Part shown: positions 53,201 through 63,131 of the stretch, one piece after another
How positions within the stretch are numbered: the stretch's first letter is position 1
How the letters are laid out: each line of letters starts with the position of its first letter
NCBI GenBank assembly: GCA_963720925.1
Contig: CAVRHE010000011.1
Span: 98,798 to 162,797 of the forward strand
Length of the DNA stretch: 64,000 nucleotides
Source: an uncultured Acidobacteriota bacterium
GTDB taxonomy: Bacteria; Actinomycetota; Acidimicrobiia; Spongiisociales; ZC4RG35
Reading direction: 5' to 3'
Notes under the pieces: model-generated
Told to the model about the DNA's origin: nothing
Seen by the model: only the letters and a program-made list of their open reading frames with translations
The model's database searches: none
Translations under genes and position numbers: made by a program

Positions 53201-54599
53201 GCCTGGCGTCGGCACGATCGCGGTCGGCGTGGCGAAGGCCGACGCGGATGTGATCACCATCTCTGGATCGGAAGGGGGCACCGGCGCATCACCACTCGTG
53301 TCGATAAAGCACGCCGGCTCACCCTGGGAGCTCGGCCTGGCCGAAGCGCACCAGGTCCTCACCACCAACGGCCTCCGCTCGAGGGTGCTGCTGGAGACAG
53401 ACGGTGGGCTTCGCACTGGGCGCGACATCATCGTCGCTGCCCTGCTCGGAGCGGAGCGATTCGGTTTCGGGACACTTCCACTGCTCGCCATGGGCTGCAA
53501 GATGGTTCGCCAGTGCCACCTCAACACCTGCCCGGTTGGGATCGCCACCCAGCAGGAGGACCTGAGGGCGAAGTTCACCGGATCGGCCGATCAGGTCGTC
53601 CTCCTCTTTCGTCGCCTGGCCGAAGAGGCACGGAGGCACATGGCCGCACTCGGAGCCCGCTCGATCGCCGACCTGGTGGGACGCGCCGACCTGCTGCGCC
53701 CGATCGATCCCCAGCACCCGCTCTCCGCGGACCTCTCGGCCATGCTGCTCGCATCGAAAGGCGGAAAGGTCCACGAGGGATATCGCAAGCTCCCGTTGTC
53801 GAGCCTCTCGGTTCGCCTCGTCGCCGACAGTCAGGAGGCGATCGCCACTCGCCAACCCGTCGACCTCTCCTATCCGATCCGCAACGTCGACCGGGCGATA
53901 GGCGCCCGGCTCTCGGGTGAGATCACCGCCCGGTACGGGAGTGACGCCCTGCCCGAGAGCACGATCGTCGTCAAGCTCGCCGGCACAGCCGGACAGAGCT
54001 TTGGCGCCTGGCTGTGCAATGGGGTGGAATTCCATCTCGAGGGAACGTCCAACGACTACCTCGGCAAGGGGATGGGTGGCGGTCTGGTCTCGGTTACGCC
54101 CCGACGCCCGACCGGGTCCGCCCCTCACGCGGCCGGCAACGCGGTCCTCTACGGAGCGACCGGGGGCCGTGCCTTCCTGGCCGGTCGTGTCGGTCAGCGC
54201 TTCGCAGTTCGCAACTCCGGCGCGACCGCGGTCATCGAGGGCTGCTCAGACCATGGCTGTGAGTACATGACGGGCGGCAAGGTGCTGGTTATCGGTGACG
54301 TCGGTCGCAACTTCGCGGCCGGGATGACCGGAGGAGTGGCCTATGTGTGGGACCCGGATCTCAGTCTCAAGGCGCTGCTGGCCGACACCGCGCCCTCGGC
54401 GCGCCGTCCGTCGGACGCCGACCTGGCCGACATCAGATCGCTGATCGAGACTCACCTCCGTTACACCACCAGCCCTGTGGCCGAGCAGATCCTCGACGAC
54501 TGGAATCGGCAGGAAGGGGCTTTCTGGGTGATCTCTGCATCGGCCCCACGGCGCAAGCCAGTGGAGGTCGAGGTGACAGAGGTCCCTGCCGCCGGTTGA
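50229..54599 (+). CDS. gltB: Glutamate synthase large subunit, intact 1456 aa.
   Basis: Ntn amidotransferase N-terminus (CGVGFIA), an FMN/central domain, a 3Fe-4S Cys motif and a C-terminal GXGXG domain. No frameshift over 4.4 kb. No gltD follows. Confidence 0.95.
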   Translation: MTAPFFDPGPDRDACGVGFIAARDLAPSFRLTRLAVECLVNLDHRGARAADGTGDGAGLLTQVPHRLINRELATHGLEVPPARLGVVMCFLSPTEAAASRSVVTEAIEAEGMQLLFWRSVPTDPSVLGDHARFVLPLIEQAIVTGDEEGAAFERSLYLSRKRIEKADVPGLSVPSASGRTVVYKGLFTASKISDFYWDLRDPDFETAFAIFHQRYSTNTFPSWDNAQPFRTLAHNGEINTIQSNRSWMVAREKAATPGVWGDRLPDVFPFLQPGISDSGSLDNVFELLMQSGRSLPHVKEMLMPAAWENVPDLEPDLGAFYAYHAFLTEPWDGPAAIAATDGSSLLAGMDRNGLRPARWAVTPEVLLVASEAGVCPEEESKATATGQLGPGELILFDGETGHVLHSEEVKQALATARPYGDWVNTETLRIQASFDGLADERFDAAALSRVFGYTAEERRLVIADMAKGDNPLGSMGDDTGLAVLANKPRRLTQFFHEQFAQVTNPPMDPIREKLVMSLRIQLGRRGPLLEDRPQQAHLIELSSPILSDAELESIVRSGDARFFSHWIATTWAVSDGPEGMEGRLDEICEEATQAVKLGATIIVLSDRETEATRAPIPMLLALGAVHHRLIDEGVRGSVSLVVVSGEPRDPHDLACLVGFGASAVNPYLAIEHARDLAASGAIDVDPVAAQENYRQAMEGGLLKIMSKMGICTLSAYRGSELFEVIGLSEQVCRKAFRNAPRRLRGVGTKELARQALQRHEAYTTGVPDPGGFYKHRRGSDTHVTSPMVVLAVQKAVRSGDPEDWDKYIEMISDRDPALVRDLLTFVQREPVPLEEVEPVEAIMRRFTTAAMSHGALSAEAHVALAEAMNLIGGHSNSGEGGEDPIRFGTPMNSAIKQVASGRFGVTPAYLHSADELQIKMAQGSKPGEGGQLPGHKVSAEIARLRYTEPGVTLISPPPHHDIYSIEDLAELIYDLKAFKPTVLVSVKLVSEPGVGTIAVGVAKADADVITISGSEGGTGASPLVSIKHAGSPWELGLAEAHQVLTTNGLRSRVLLETDGGLRTGRDIIVAALLGAERFGFGTLPLLAMGCKMVRQCHLNTCPVGIATQQEDLRAKFTGSADQVVLLFRRLAEEARRHMAALGARSIADLVGRADLLRPIDPQHPLSADLSAMLLASKGGKVHEGYRKLPLSSLSVRLVADSQEAIATRQPVDLSYPIRNVDRAIGARLSGEITARYGSDALPESTIVVKLAGTAGQSFGAWLCNGVEFHLEGTSNDYLGKGMGGGLVSVTPRRPTGSAPHAAGNAVLYGATGGRAFLAGRVGQRFAVRNSGATAVIEGCSDHGCEYMTGGKVLVIGDVGRNFAAGMTGGVAYVWDPDLSLKALLADTAPSARRPSDADLADIRSLIETHLRYTTSPVAEQILDDWNRQEGAFWVISASAPRRKPVEVEVTEVPAAG

Positions 54600-54608
54600 G
54601 CGCGCACG

Positions 54609-54907
54609 ATGACCTCGTTGGCCGGATCCAGGCCCACCTGAGCGGCCGGGGGGAGTTGACCGAGGGCCGGGTGCTCGACGGCGACGGCTATTTCCTCGAT
54701 GGACATCTCGTGGTGGCGGTGATGGGCGACGACCTGTGCGTCCAGGTCGGGCGCGAGGAATGGGACGACACCCTGGCCGGCGAGGGGGTGCGACCGCTTC
54801 TCTTCGCCGACTTGCCCGTGCCGGGCTGGGTGATGGTGGATGGCGCGTCGGTTGTCGGCGAGGAATCCCTCGCCGGATGGATCGAGAGCGCCCTTGCTCG
54901 AGGCTGA
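54609..54907 (+). CDS. TfoX/Sxy N-terminal-domain-like small protein. The start is uncertain: ATG 54609 is out of frame by one base with the ORF body, so a 5' indel is possible.
   Basis: Frame-2 translation DDLVGRIQAHLSGRGELTEGRVLDGDGYFLDGHLVVAVMGDDLCVQVGREEWDD...GWVMVDGASV...ESLAGWIESALARG matches the TfoX_N pattern (…FGG.GL..DG..FA.V.DD.LYLK…). Confidence 0.35.
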
Positions 54908-55397
54908 GCACATCGTGGTGATGGGGGCGATGGGCTCCGGCAAGACCACACTTGGCCGGAGATTGGCCGAGGCCCTGGGCCGCGATTTCCACGACTCCGA
55001 TCGATCGATCGAGCGGCGCATTGGAAAGTCAGGTCGTGAGATCGCGGAGACCGACGGCGTCGATGCATTGCACCGCCTCGAGAGAGATGTGTTCCTCGAA
55101 GCCCTCTCGAGCGATGAGCCGGCGGTGATAGCCGCGGCCGCGTCGGTGATCGAGGACGCCGAAGTGCGCGAAGGCATGACCGGTGCTTTCTGCGTGTGGG
55201 TGACCGCGGATCCCCGGATCCTCGCCGAAAGGGCGACAAAGAGCGATCATCGTCGATCGGTTGCCGTCTCCGAGCATCTCGAACGGCGGGACCGGCTCTT
55301 CACGGAGATGGCGGACCTGGTGATCGACACCGGGGACCGATCGGCCGGTGAGACGGCGATGCTGGTCCTCGAGGAGCTGCGAGGGGCGAAGAATTGA
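54894..55397 (+). CDS. Shikimate-kinase-like P-loop kinase (AroK/gluconokinase family)
   Basis: HIVVMGAMGSGKTTLGRRLAEALGRDFHDSDRSIERRIGKSGREIAETDGVDALHRLERDVFLEAL. It has a P-loop and Asp motifs. It stands alone, not in an aro operon. Confidence 0.55.
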   Translation: MLEAEHIVVMGAMGSGKTTLGRRLAEALGRDFHDSDRSIERRIGKSGREIAETDGVDALHRLERDVFLEALSSDEPAVIAAAASVIEDAEVREGMTGAFCVWVTADPRILAERATKSDHRRSVAVSEHLERRDRLFTEMADLVIDTGDRSAGETAMLVLEELRGAKN

Positions 55398-56620
55398 GCG
55401 TCGGCGCGGCAGAGAGTTTTCGACTCGGCGTCAACTATTGGCCGCGGCGAAAGGCGATGTACTGGTGGTCGGACTTCGACCGGGGCGAGGTGGCCGAAGA
55501 GTTCGATTTGATCGCATCGCTCGGCATGTCGGTGGTGCGGATTTTCCTTCTCTGGGAGGATTGGCAGCCGTCTCCCGATTCGGTTTCGCCAGAGCGTCTC
55601 CGAGACTTGGGCGTCGTGCTCGATCTCGCCGCCGAGCGAGGGCTGGGTCTCGATGTGACGTTCTTCACCGGCCACATGAGTGGGCCGAACTGGTCGCCGG
55701 GATGGCTCCTCGACCCGGGTGCCGGGTGCCCCTCCCCCGATGTTCGTCAGGTCGTCAGCGGAGGGATGGTGGTCGATACCGGCTACCGGAACATGTTTCA
55801 GGACAGGGCCGCTCTCGACGCCGAGCGCCTCCTCCTCGAGGCGGTGGTGGGCACATACCGGGAGCACGCAGGGGTCTGGATGTGGAACCTCGGCAATGAG
55901 CCCGACCTGTTTGCCCGTCCCCGAGATGCGTCGGCGGGGCGATCCTGGGTCAAGGAGATGACCCAACTGGTCGAGGAAATCGATCCCCGCCATCCAATCA
56001 CCACCGGTCTGCACACCGCCAATCTCTTCGCCGACAACGGGCTCCGTGTCGACCATGTCTTCGACGAAAGCGACGTCGCCGTCATGCATGGCTACCCCAT
56101 GTACGTCGACTGGGCCCGTGACCCCCTCGACCCCGACTTCGTCCCCTATCTATGCGCCCTCGTCACCGCCCTGACCGGGAAGCCGTGTCTGGCCGAAGAA
56201 TGGGGTGGGTGCACATCGCCAGACACCGCCGATTCCACGACCTGGGCCTGGAACGCATACGGTGCGCCGAGGACCCAATTCATGGCCGGGGAGGAGGCAT
56301 TCGCCGAGTATGTCGAGTCGGTCCTGCCGCGGTTGGTCGACGTCGGGTCGACCGGGGCCTTCATGTGGTGTTTCGCCGACTATCACCCTGACCTCTGGGA
56401 TCGGCCCCCTTGCGACGAGGGCGGCGCTAAGCACGAACGTCATTTCGGTCTGATCCGACCCGATGGCAGCCTCAAGCCACACGCCGAGGTGATCAGGAGG
56501 TTCGCCGCCACCGAGCCAACGGTCAGAGCCCCGGTGAAGACCTTGACACTCGACGTCACCCCCGACGAGTACTACGTCGACCCGGCCGCTCACGCCCGCC
56601 GTCTCTATCAGCAGTGGTAG
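55394..56620 (+). CDS. TIM-barrel glycoside hydrolase (GH5/'cellulase'-like clan GH-A)
   Basis: FRLGVNYWPRRKAMYWWSDFD...VRIFLLWEDWQP...WMWNLGNEPD, with the catalytic NEP acid/base. …TGLHTANLF… Intact 408 aa. Confidence 0.6.
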   Translation: MSVGAAESFRLGVNYWPRRKAMYWWSDFDRGEVAEEFDLIASLGMSVVRIFLLWEDWQPSPDSVSPERLRDLGVVLDLAAERGLGLDVTFFTGHMSGPNWSPGWLLDPGAGCPSPDVRQVVSGGMVVDTGYRNMFQDRAALDAERLLLEAVVGTYREHAGVWMWNLGNEPDLFARPRDASAGRSWVKEMTQLVEEIDPRHPITTGLHTANLFADNGLRVDHVFDESDVAVMHGYPMYVDWARDPLDPDFVPYLCALVTALTGKPCLAEEWGGCTSPDTADSTTWAWNAYGAPRTQFMAGEEAFAEYVESVLPRLVDVGSTGAFMWCFADYHPDLWDRPPCDEGGAKHERHFGLIRPDGSLKPHAEVIRRFAATEPTVRAPVKTLTLDVTPDEYYVDPAAHARRLYQQW

Positions 56621-56647
56621 CCGGGCGTCATATCCGGGACGCCGGGC

Positions 56648-57673
56648 TTAGCGGTGGAGGACCTGTCGTCTCGGCTTGGGGTCGTGCGCCGAGCCGCTCC
56701 TCGGGCCGCGGCCCCGTGAGGCGACCTGGATGAGATCGCCGAGCATCGCGCTCGCCGTTGGCTGACCCCCGGCCCCGGGCCCGGTGAAGAGGAGACGTCC
56801 GACCGACGGCCCCTCGATGAAGATGGCGTTGGTCACCCCATTGACCCCGGCCAGCGGATGATCGGCGGGGAGGCTCATCGGCTTGACCTTGGCTTCGACC
56901 CGACCATCGATTCCCCGCTGCGCCGAGCCGATCAGCTTGATCACCTCGCCGTTCTCGTTTGCGGAGGCCACGTCCTCGGCGCTCACGCCCTCGATCCCTT
57001 CACACTCGACCTCCCAGGGAGCGACGCGCTCGCCGAAGGCGAGGCTGGCGAGGATCGATGTCTTGAATGCCGCGTCGCGGCCTGACACGTCATCCGCGGG
57101 GTCGGTCTCGGCGTAACCAAGACGCTGAGCTTCGGCCAGGGCATCGTCGTAACTGCGGCCCTCCTTGGCCATCGCGGTCAGGATGTAGTTGGTGGTCCCA
57201 TTCACGATTCCGCTCACCACATCGATGTCCTCGCCGGCGAGACTCTCAGCCAGAGGGCGAATCACGGGGATCCCGCCGCCCACAGCTGCCTCATACATGA
57301 CAGAGACGCCTGCTCGTTTTGCCGCCTCCATGATCTCCTGACCTCTGGTGGCGATCAGTTCCTTGTTGGCGGTGACCACGGGTTTGCCCGACCGCAGGGC
57401 GGCCAGAACCAGGGTGCCCGCCGGCTCCAGGCCACCGATGACCTCGACGATCACGTCGATCGAGGGGTCGGTGACGACCGATAACGCGTCGTCGGTGATC
57501 CGATCGGACTTGATGTCGAAGGGACGCTCCTTGGCCAGGTCCCTCACCGCGACACGACGAACCTCGAGATCCACCCCCGACTTGAGCCGGATGGCGTCCC
57601 TATCGGCGAGCAGCCTGCTGACCAGGGTGCCGCCGACGGTCCCGGCGCCGAGCACGCCGACCCGGACAGTCAT
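56648..57673 (-). CDS. hom: Homoserine dehydrogenase, a short form of 341 aa without a C-terminal ACT domain.
   Basis: MTVRVGVLGAGTVGGTLVSRL...KPVVTANKELIA...GIVNGTTNYILT...the catalytic domain ends at the convergent GH gene, leaving no room for an ACT domain. Confidence 0.85.
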   Translation of the reverse strand: MTVRVGVLGAGTVGGTLVSRLLADRDAIRLKSGVDLEVRRVAVRDLAKERPFDIKSDRITDDALSVVTDPSIDVIVEVIGGLEPAGTLVLAALRSGKPVVTANKELIATRGQEIMEAAKRAGVSVMYEAAVGGGIPVIRPLAESLAGEDIDVVSGIVNGTTNYILTAMAKEGRSYDDALAEAQRLGYAETDPADDVSGRDAAFKTSILASLAFGERVAPWEVECEGIEGVSAEDVASANENGEVIKLIGSAQRGIDGRVEAKVKPMSLPADHPLAGVNGVTNAIFIEGPSVGRLLFTGPGAGGQPTASAMLGDLIQVASRGRGPRSGSAHDPKPRRQVLHR

Positions 57674-57981
57674 GGCGTCCGCCTCGATTCTCTCTGCTCT
57701 CTCATTTGACCTTCGCTTCTCGGATGGCCGCCCCGGGAGTGGGGAATCAAAAAGATCCGCTCCCTGCCGGTGCGGATCTCGTGTTTCGTGTGGTTGTGGC
57801 GCTTGCTTACACGGACGAGTCGCACGGCCTCTCGGTCGTGGTCGTCATACCGGTCGTGAGCCAAGCACTCATGTATAAGGCAAGGTATCCGGGATCGTGG
57901 ATCAAGTCAATGCCGCGCCCCTCCGCCACAGGATCTTGCACAAATCCGGCGGAATGCAATAGCCTTGTGATTGACGAAGCG

Positions 57982-58063
57982 CTCATCTTGAGCGGTTGAG
58001 GGATCAGGCCCGATGAAACCGCGGCAACCGGCGCAAGCACGGTGCCAATGCCTGGATCGATGA
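57982..58063 (+). ncRNA. SAM-I (S-box) riboswitch in the 5' leader of metH
   Basis: CUCAUCUUGAGCGGUUGAGGGAUCAGGCCCGAUGAAACCGCGGCAACCGGCGCAAGCACGGUGCCAAUGCCUGGAUCGAUGAG. It matches the S-box consensus almost base for base (P1 CUCAUC/GAUGAG, GAGGGA, GGCCCGAUGAAACC, GGCAACC, GGUGCCAAUNCCUG). A GC-rich hairpin (GCCGGAGCC-auu-GGCUCCCGGC, 58066-58087) follows as the expression platform. Confidence 0.85.
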
Positions 58064-58128
58064 GTTGCCGGAGCCATTGGCTCCCGGCGCTCTTCAAGCG
58101 TTTCGAGAAGAAACAGAGGAGTAGACCG

Positions 58129-61100
58129 GTGAGCGAGGCTCGGCCGAGCGACTACATACATTTCGTGCAATCCGGTCTCGTCATCTTCGACGGGGCTACC
58201 GGCACCAACCTTCAGACCGTCGGGCTCACCGCCGACGACTTCGGCGGCCCGTCCCTCGAGGGATGCAACGAGTTGTTGAACCTGCGTCGTCCCGACGTGA
58301 TCAGAGACCTGCATCGCTCTTTCCTGGAAGTCGGGGTGGACGTGGTGGAGACCAACACCTTCGGAGCCTTCGCCGTCCCGCTGGGGGAGTACGGGCTCGA
58401 GGACCAGTCCTACGAGATCGCGGCGTCAGGGGCGACATTGGCAAGAGAGGTCGTGGACGAGTTCGTCAAGGCGGATGGACGGCCCCGGTATGTTGCCGGG
58501 TCGATCGGTCCCGGAACAAAATTCGCCACCCTCGGCCAGATCTCATATCAAGACCTGGCCGCGGCCTACGAAGTGGAGTCTTCCGGGCTCATCGACGGAG
58601 GCGCCGACCTCCTGATCATCGAGACCCAGTTCGACTTGCTCGGGGCCAAAGCCGCCATCGACGGGGCCCGCAGGGCGATGAAAGCCGCCGGTGTGGAGAT
58701 CCCTCTCCAGGTCCAGGTCACCATCGAGCTCACCGGGCGGATGCTGCCCGGCACCGAGATCGGCGCCGCCCTGACCACCCTCGAAGCGCTGCGACCCGAT
58801 GTGATCGGCCTCAACTGCGCCACCGGGCCCGCGGAGATGTACGAGCCGCTGCGCCACCTCGCCCGCCACTCGACGGTGCCGGTGGCGGCGATACCCAACG
58901 CGGGACTTCCTCATGTGGAGGACGGGCAGATGGCCTATGACCTGTCACCTGACGACCTGGCCCATCACCTCGGACAGTTCGTCACCGAGATGGGGATCGG
59001 CGTGATCGGGGGCTGCTGCGGCACGAGCCCGGCGCATCTGGCCGCAGTTGTGGAGAGGACCCGCCCCCTCTCGCTCATAGACGCGCAAGCCAGAGACGAT
59101 CCCTTCGGCTGCGTCGATCTACAGCCAGGTTCCATTTGACCAGGACACGTCGTTCTTGATCATCGGGGAACGGGCCAACGCCAACGGGTCACGCGCCTTC
59201 AAGGAGTCCCTGCTCGCCGACGACCTCGATGGATGCGTGTCGATCGGCCAGGATCAGGTGAAGGAGGGGGCTCATCTCGTCGACCTCTGTGTCGATTATG
59301 TCGGGCGGGACGGAGTGGCCGACATGCTCAAGCTGGCCGCTGCTTTCGCCACCGATGTTGCCGCCCCCGTCGTGCTCGACTCAACCGAGCCCGAGGTCAT
59401 GGAGGCCGGTCTCGAACGGCTCGGCGGCCGCAGTTTGCTCAACAGCGCCAACCTCGAGGACGGCGAAGAGCCGGGCTCGCGTCTCGACCGGGTTTTCGGG
59501 CTGGCTCACAAGCACGGGGCCGGAGTCATCTGTTTGCTCATCGACGAGGAGGGGCAGGCCCGCACCCTGGAATGGAAGCTGCGGATCGCACATCGCATCC
59601 ACGACCTCGCCGTCGAACGCTATGGCTTGCGTTCCGAGGACTTGATATTCGATGCCCTCACCTTCCCTCTCACCACGGGTGGCGACGACCTGCGCAAGGA
59701 CGCGATGATCACCCTCGACGCCATCCGGCAGATCAAGACCGAGCTGCCCGGGGTCAGGACCGTGCTCGGCGTGTCCAACGTCTCCTTCGGTCTGAACCCG
59801 GCGGCACGGCGCATCCTGAATTCTGTGTTCCTCCACGAAGCGGTCGAGGCCGGTCTCGACGCGGCAATTGTCCACGCCGGGAAGATCGAGCCGCTCAACC
59901 GGATCGACCCTGAGCAGCGCCAGGTCTGCCTCGATCTCATCTACGACAGGCGTGCCGAGGGTTACGACCCATTGGAAAAGCTCCTCGAGCTGTTCGCCGG
60001 GGTGGAGACGGTGGAGCGGTCGGAGAGCGATTACGAGGGCATGGCGGTGGGAGAGCGGCTCGCCAAGCGCATCATCGACGGTGACCAGAAGAACGTCATC
60101 GCAGACCTCGACGTCGCCTTGGGGGAGGGCTCCGAGCCCCTCGACATCATCAACAACTACCTCCTCGATGGGATGAGGACGGTCGGCGACCTCTTCGCCA
60201 GTGGTGAGATGCAACTCCCCTTCGTCCTCAAGTCGGCAGAGACCATGAAGAAGGCCGTCGCCTATCTCGAGCCGATGATGGAGAAGGCCGAAGGCTCGAC
60301 CCGGGGCCGGATCGTGCTCGCCACGGTGTCAGGCGACGTCCACGACATCGGCAAGAACCTGGTCGACATCATCCTGACCAACAACGGGTACGAGGTGCAC
60401 AATCTCGGCATCAAGATCGGCATCTCGGAGATGATCGCCAAGTTCGAGGAGACCTCAGCTGACGCGATCGGGATGAGCGGGCTGTTGGTGAAGAGCACCC
60501 TGATCATGCGCGACAACCTCGAGGAGTTGGAGCGACGGGGTCTGGGCAAGGTCCCCGTGCTCCTTGGTGGGGCCGCCTTGACCAGGAACTACGTCGAGGC
60601 CGATCTCCGATCTCGATACCAGGGCCCGCTCTACTACGGCAAGAACGCATTCGCCGGGCTCGAGGCAATGGGGAAGATCGTGGCCGGCGAGCCCGCTCCC
60701 GAGCCCATCGCGGCCAGGCAATATCACGAGCGGGAGACCGCCGGGGGTGTCATCCCGGCCCGGTCGCCCGACGTCAAGCGGGACAACCAGATCTTCGTGC
60801 CGCCCTTCACCGGGTCCCGGGTGATCCGGGGGGTCTCGATCGACGAGATCGTCCCCTATCTCAATCTGACCGCCCTCTTCCGCAACCAGTGGCAATACCG
60901 GCCGGAGAAGGGGGAACGGGACCTCGATTTCAAGGAACGGCTCACCCCGCTGCTTCGGGAGCAGATCGCTCTGGCCCGTCATGACGACCTGCTCAACCCC
61001 AAGGTGGTCTACGGATACTTCCCCGCGAACGGCGACGGCGACGACCTCGTGATCTGGGACGACGTCAGCGCTCAAAGGGAGCTGACCAGGTTCAGCTTTC

Positions 61101-61616
61101 CCCGCCAGCGGGAGGACCCGTACCTGTGCATCGCCGACTTCTTCCGACCGGTCGGCGAAGAGGTCGACTACGCCGCCTTTCACATCGTCACGATGGGCGA
61201 CAAGGTCTCCGACCGCACCAAGGATCTGTTCGAGCAGGACCGTTACACCGACTACCTGCTCCTTCATGGTCTCGGTGTGGAGATGGCCGAGGCCCTCGCC
61301 GAGCACTGGCATCATCGGATCCGGGAGGAGTGGGGGTTCGTCGATGAGGACGGACCGTCCCTCCTCGGGCTGTTCCGGCAGCAGTATCGGGGTGGACGCT
61401 TCTCATGGGGATACCCGGCGTGTCCCGACCTCGAGGACAACGAGAAGGTGGCCTATCTACTCGGGCGCCGACCGGATCGGGATCACGGTGGGCGAGGAGA
61501 CCTTCTATCAGTACCAGCCGGAACAGACGACCTCGGCCATCATCTGCCATCACCCTCAGGCGAAATATTTCGTTGCCCGCAAGCCCAGGGAGGACCGAGA
61601 TGCTGACAAAGGCTGA
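58129..61616 (+). pseudogene. metH: Cobalamin-dependent methionine synthase with two frameshifts, near 59120 and near 61465.
   Basis: GTG start after AGAGGAG. The Hcy-binding domain is in frame 1 (…GGCCGTSPAHL…). After the shift it reads QVPFDQDTSFLIIGERANANGS...with a pterin-binding domain, B12-binding domain (GDVHDIGKNLV) and AdoMet-activation domain in frame 2. The last 50 aa (ADRIGITVGEETFYQYQPEQTTSAIICHHPQAKYF...) are in frame 0. Confidence 0.85.
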
Positions 61617-62395
61617 GGGCTGGTTGCGGATTGCCGAGATCAACCCTCCCGAGCTCCCCAACCTCCAGCATCGGAGCCTGTCGCCCGGCTTGGAGCCATG
61701 TGCTGGTGACCGACAATGTCTTCGGGCGGATCCGTGTCTCGCCGTATGCGTTCTCGGCCCGCATCACCCATGACACGCCCGACGTGCACCCGACGGTGGT
61801 GGTGTCGACCAGGGACCGGAACATCCTGGCCATCGAATCCGAGGTGAGAGGTGCCCTCGGCAACGGAGTCGATTCGTTTCTCGTCGTCATCGGCGACACG
61901 GTGCCCCACGTCGACCATCTGGCGCACCACTACGAGATCGTCGAGCACCTCAGGGAGCTCCAGGAGAATTTGCCTGATTTCGAGGTGGGCATGCCCTCCC
62001 GATTCCGCGAGTGGCAATTCCGGCGCAGGATCGAGCTGGGGGCCCAGTTCTTCGTCACCGGGCCGATCCTCGACCCCGAGGTGATGGAGCGGCACCTCGG
62101 TCTGCTCAACCTGAAGCCGGAAGACCCTCCCGTCTTCGTGATGGTCATACCTCCCTTCAGCTTGTCCTGGGTGGAGCAGATGGAGGCCATCGGGTCGGTC
62201 CCTTCTACCGACGGCATGAAACAGCGACTTGCCGACCTCAGCCCCGAGGTGGGTCGCAAGCTCGGATGGGAGATGATCTCCGAGGCGGAGAAGCGGGCGA
62301 GGGACGCCGGGGCGGCCGGCGTCATCCTGATGGGGCTGAAATACGAATCGGTGGTTGGTGAGGCGGCGGAGAACTGGCTGAACCGGCGCGATTGA
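61600..62395 (+). pseudogene. metF: Methylenetetrahydrofolate reductase (MetF-like) with one frameshift near 61670. Its ATG overlaps the metH 3' end.
   Basis: MLTKAEGWLRIAEINPP... in one frame, then SHVLVTDNVFGRIRVSPYAFSARITHDTPDVHPTVVVSTRDRNILAIESEV...ELGAQFFVTGPILD in the ORF frame. Confidence 0.65.
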
Positions 62396-62403
62396 CCTTC
62401 GAC

Positions 62404-62964
62404 CTACCCGGGGTCGTGGGCCGCGGCGCGCCATTCCTCGTCGGTCGAGGCGCCCGCATCCGTGGCCCTGACGACGGCTTCTATCTGGGCATCCGTCAGG
62501 TCGTCGACAAGGCAGAACTCGTTCCCGAATGGATCCTGCATCACCGCCCAGTCGATGATCGGTGGTTCGTCACCATGAGAGCCCGGCCGCGGGTACAGGC
62601 TCGGCGCCTTTTTCACCGCTCCTCCCAGGGCAACTATCCGGGTTATGGCCTCGTCGATGCCGTCGTTGGGAGTCACGTCGATATGGGCGCGATTGGGGTG
62701 ATCCCCTTTGCGGCTCTTCACCACCTGCAGGATGAGCTCGTGCTTCCAGGGGTTCTTCTGTCCTAGATACCCAAATCGGCGATGCCATCCTTCGGGCTCG
62801 CTGCCGATGACTTCCAGTCCGGTGACTGCCGACCAAAAGGCGTATCCCTGCGCGAGATCATTCACGTCGATGACAGTGGCGCGATAACTCCCGATCCCGT
62901 GCAAGGGTGTCTCCGGCTGGGTGGGGACAGGTCGAGCCCTGTCATGGGTGGGTGGTGATCCCAT
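62404..62964 (-). CDS. VOC-family (glyoxalase / bleomycin-resistance fold) protein
   Basis: YRATVIDVNDLAQGYAFWSAVTGLEV...AHIDVTPNDGIDEAITRIVALGGAV...DPFGNEFCLVDD. Confidence 0.6.
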   Translation of the reverse strand: MGSPPTHDRARPVPTQPETPLHGIGSYRATVIDVNDLAQGYAFWSAVTGLEVIGSEPEGWHRRFGYLGQKNPWKHELILQVVKSRKGDHPNRAHIDVTPNDGIDEAITRIVALGGAVKKAPSLYPRPGSHGDEPPIIDWAVMQDPFGNEFCLVDDLTDAQIEAVVRATDAGASTDEEWRAAAHDPG

Positions 62965-63131
62965 CGGTCGGCGAGGATAGTGACGGGGCGTGGCGGCTCA
63001 GGGTGGTCGCACCCTTGTCTCATTAATCCTGGGTAGTCCTGGGTCCTACGATTCCAGGGGTGACGCAGGAGCCGTCGGATCTCGAACGTCTGCTCGGGCC
63101 AGACCGAAGACAGCTTCCCCGCCCTCGTGGT

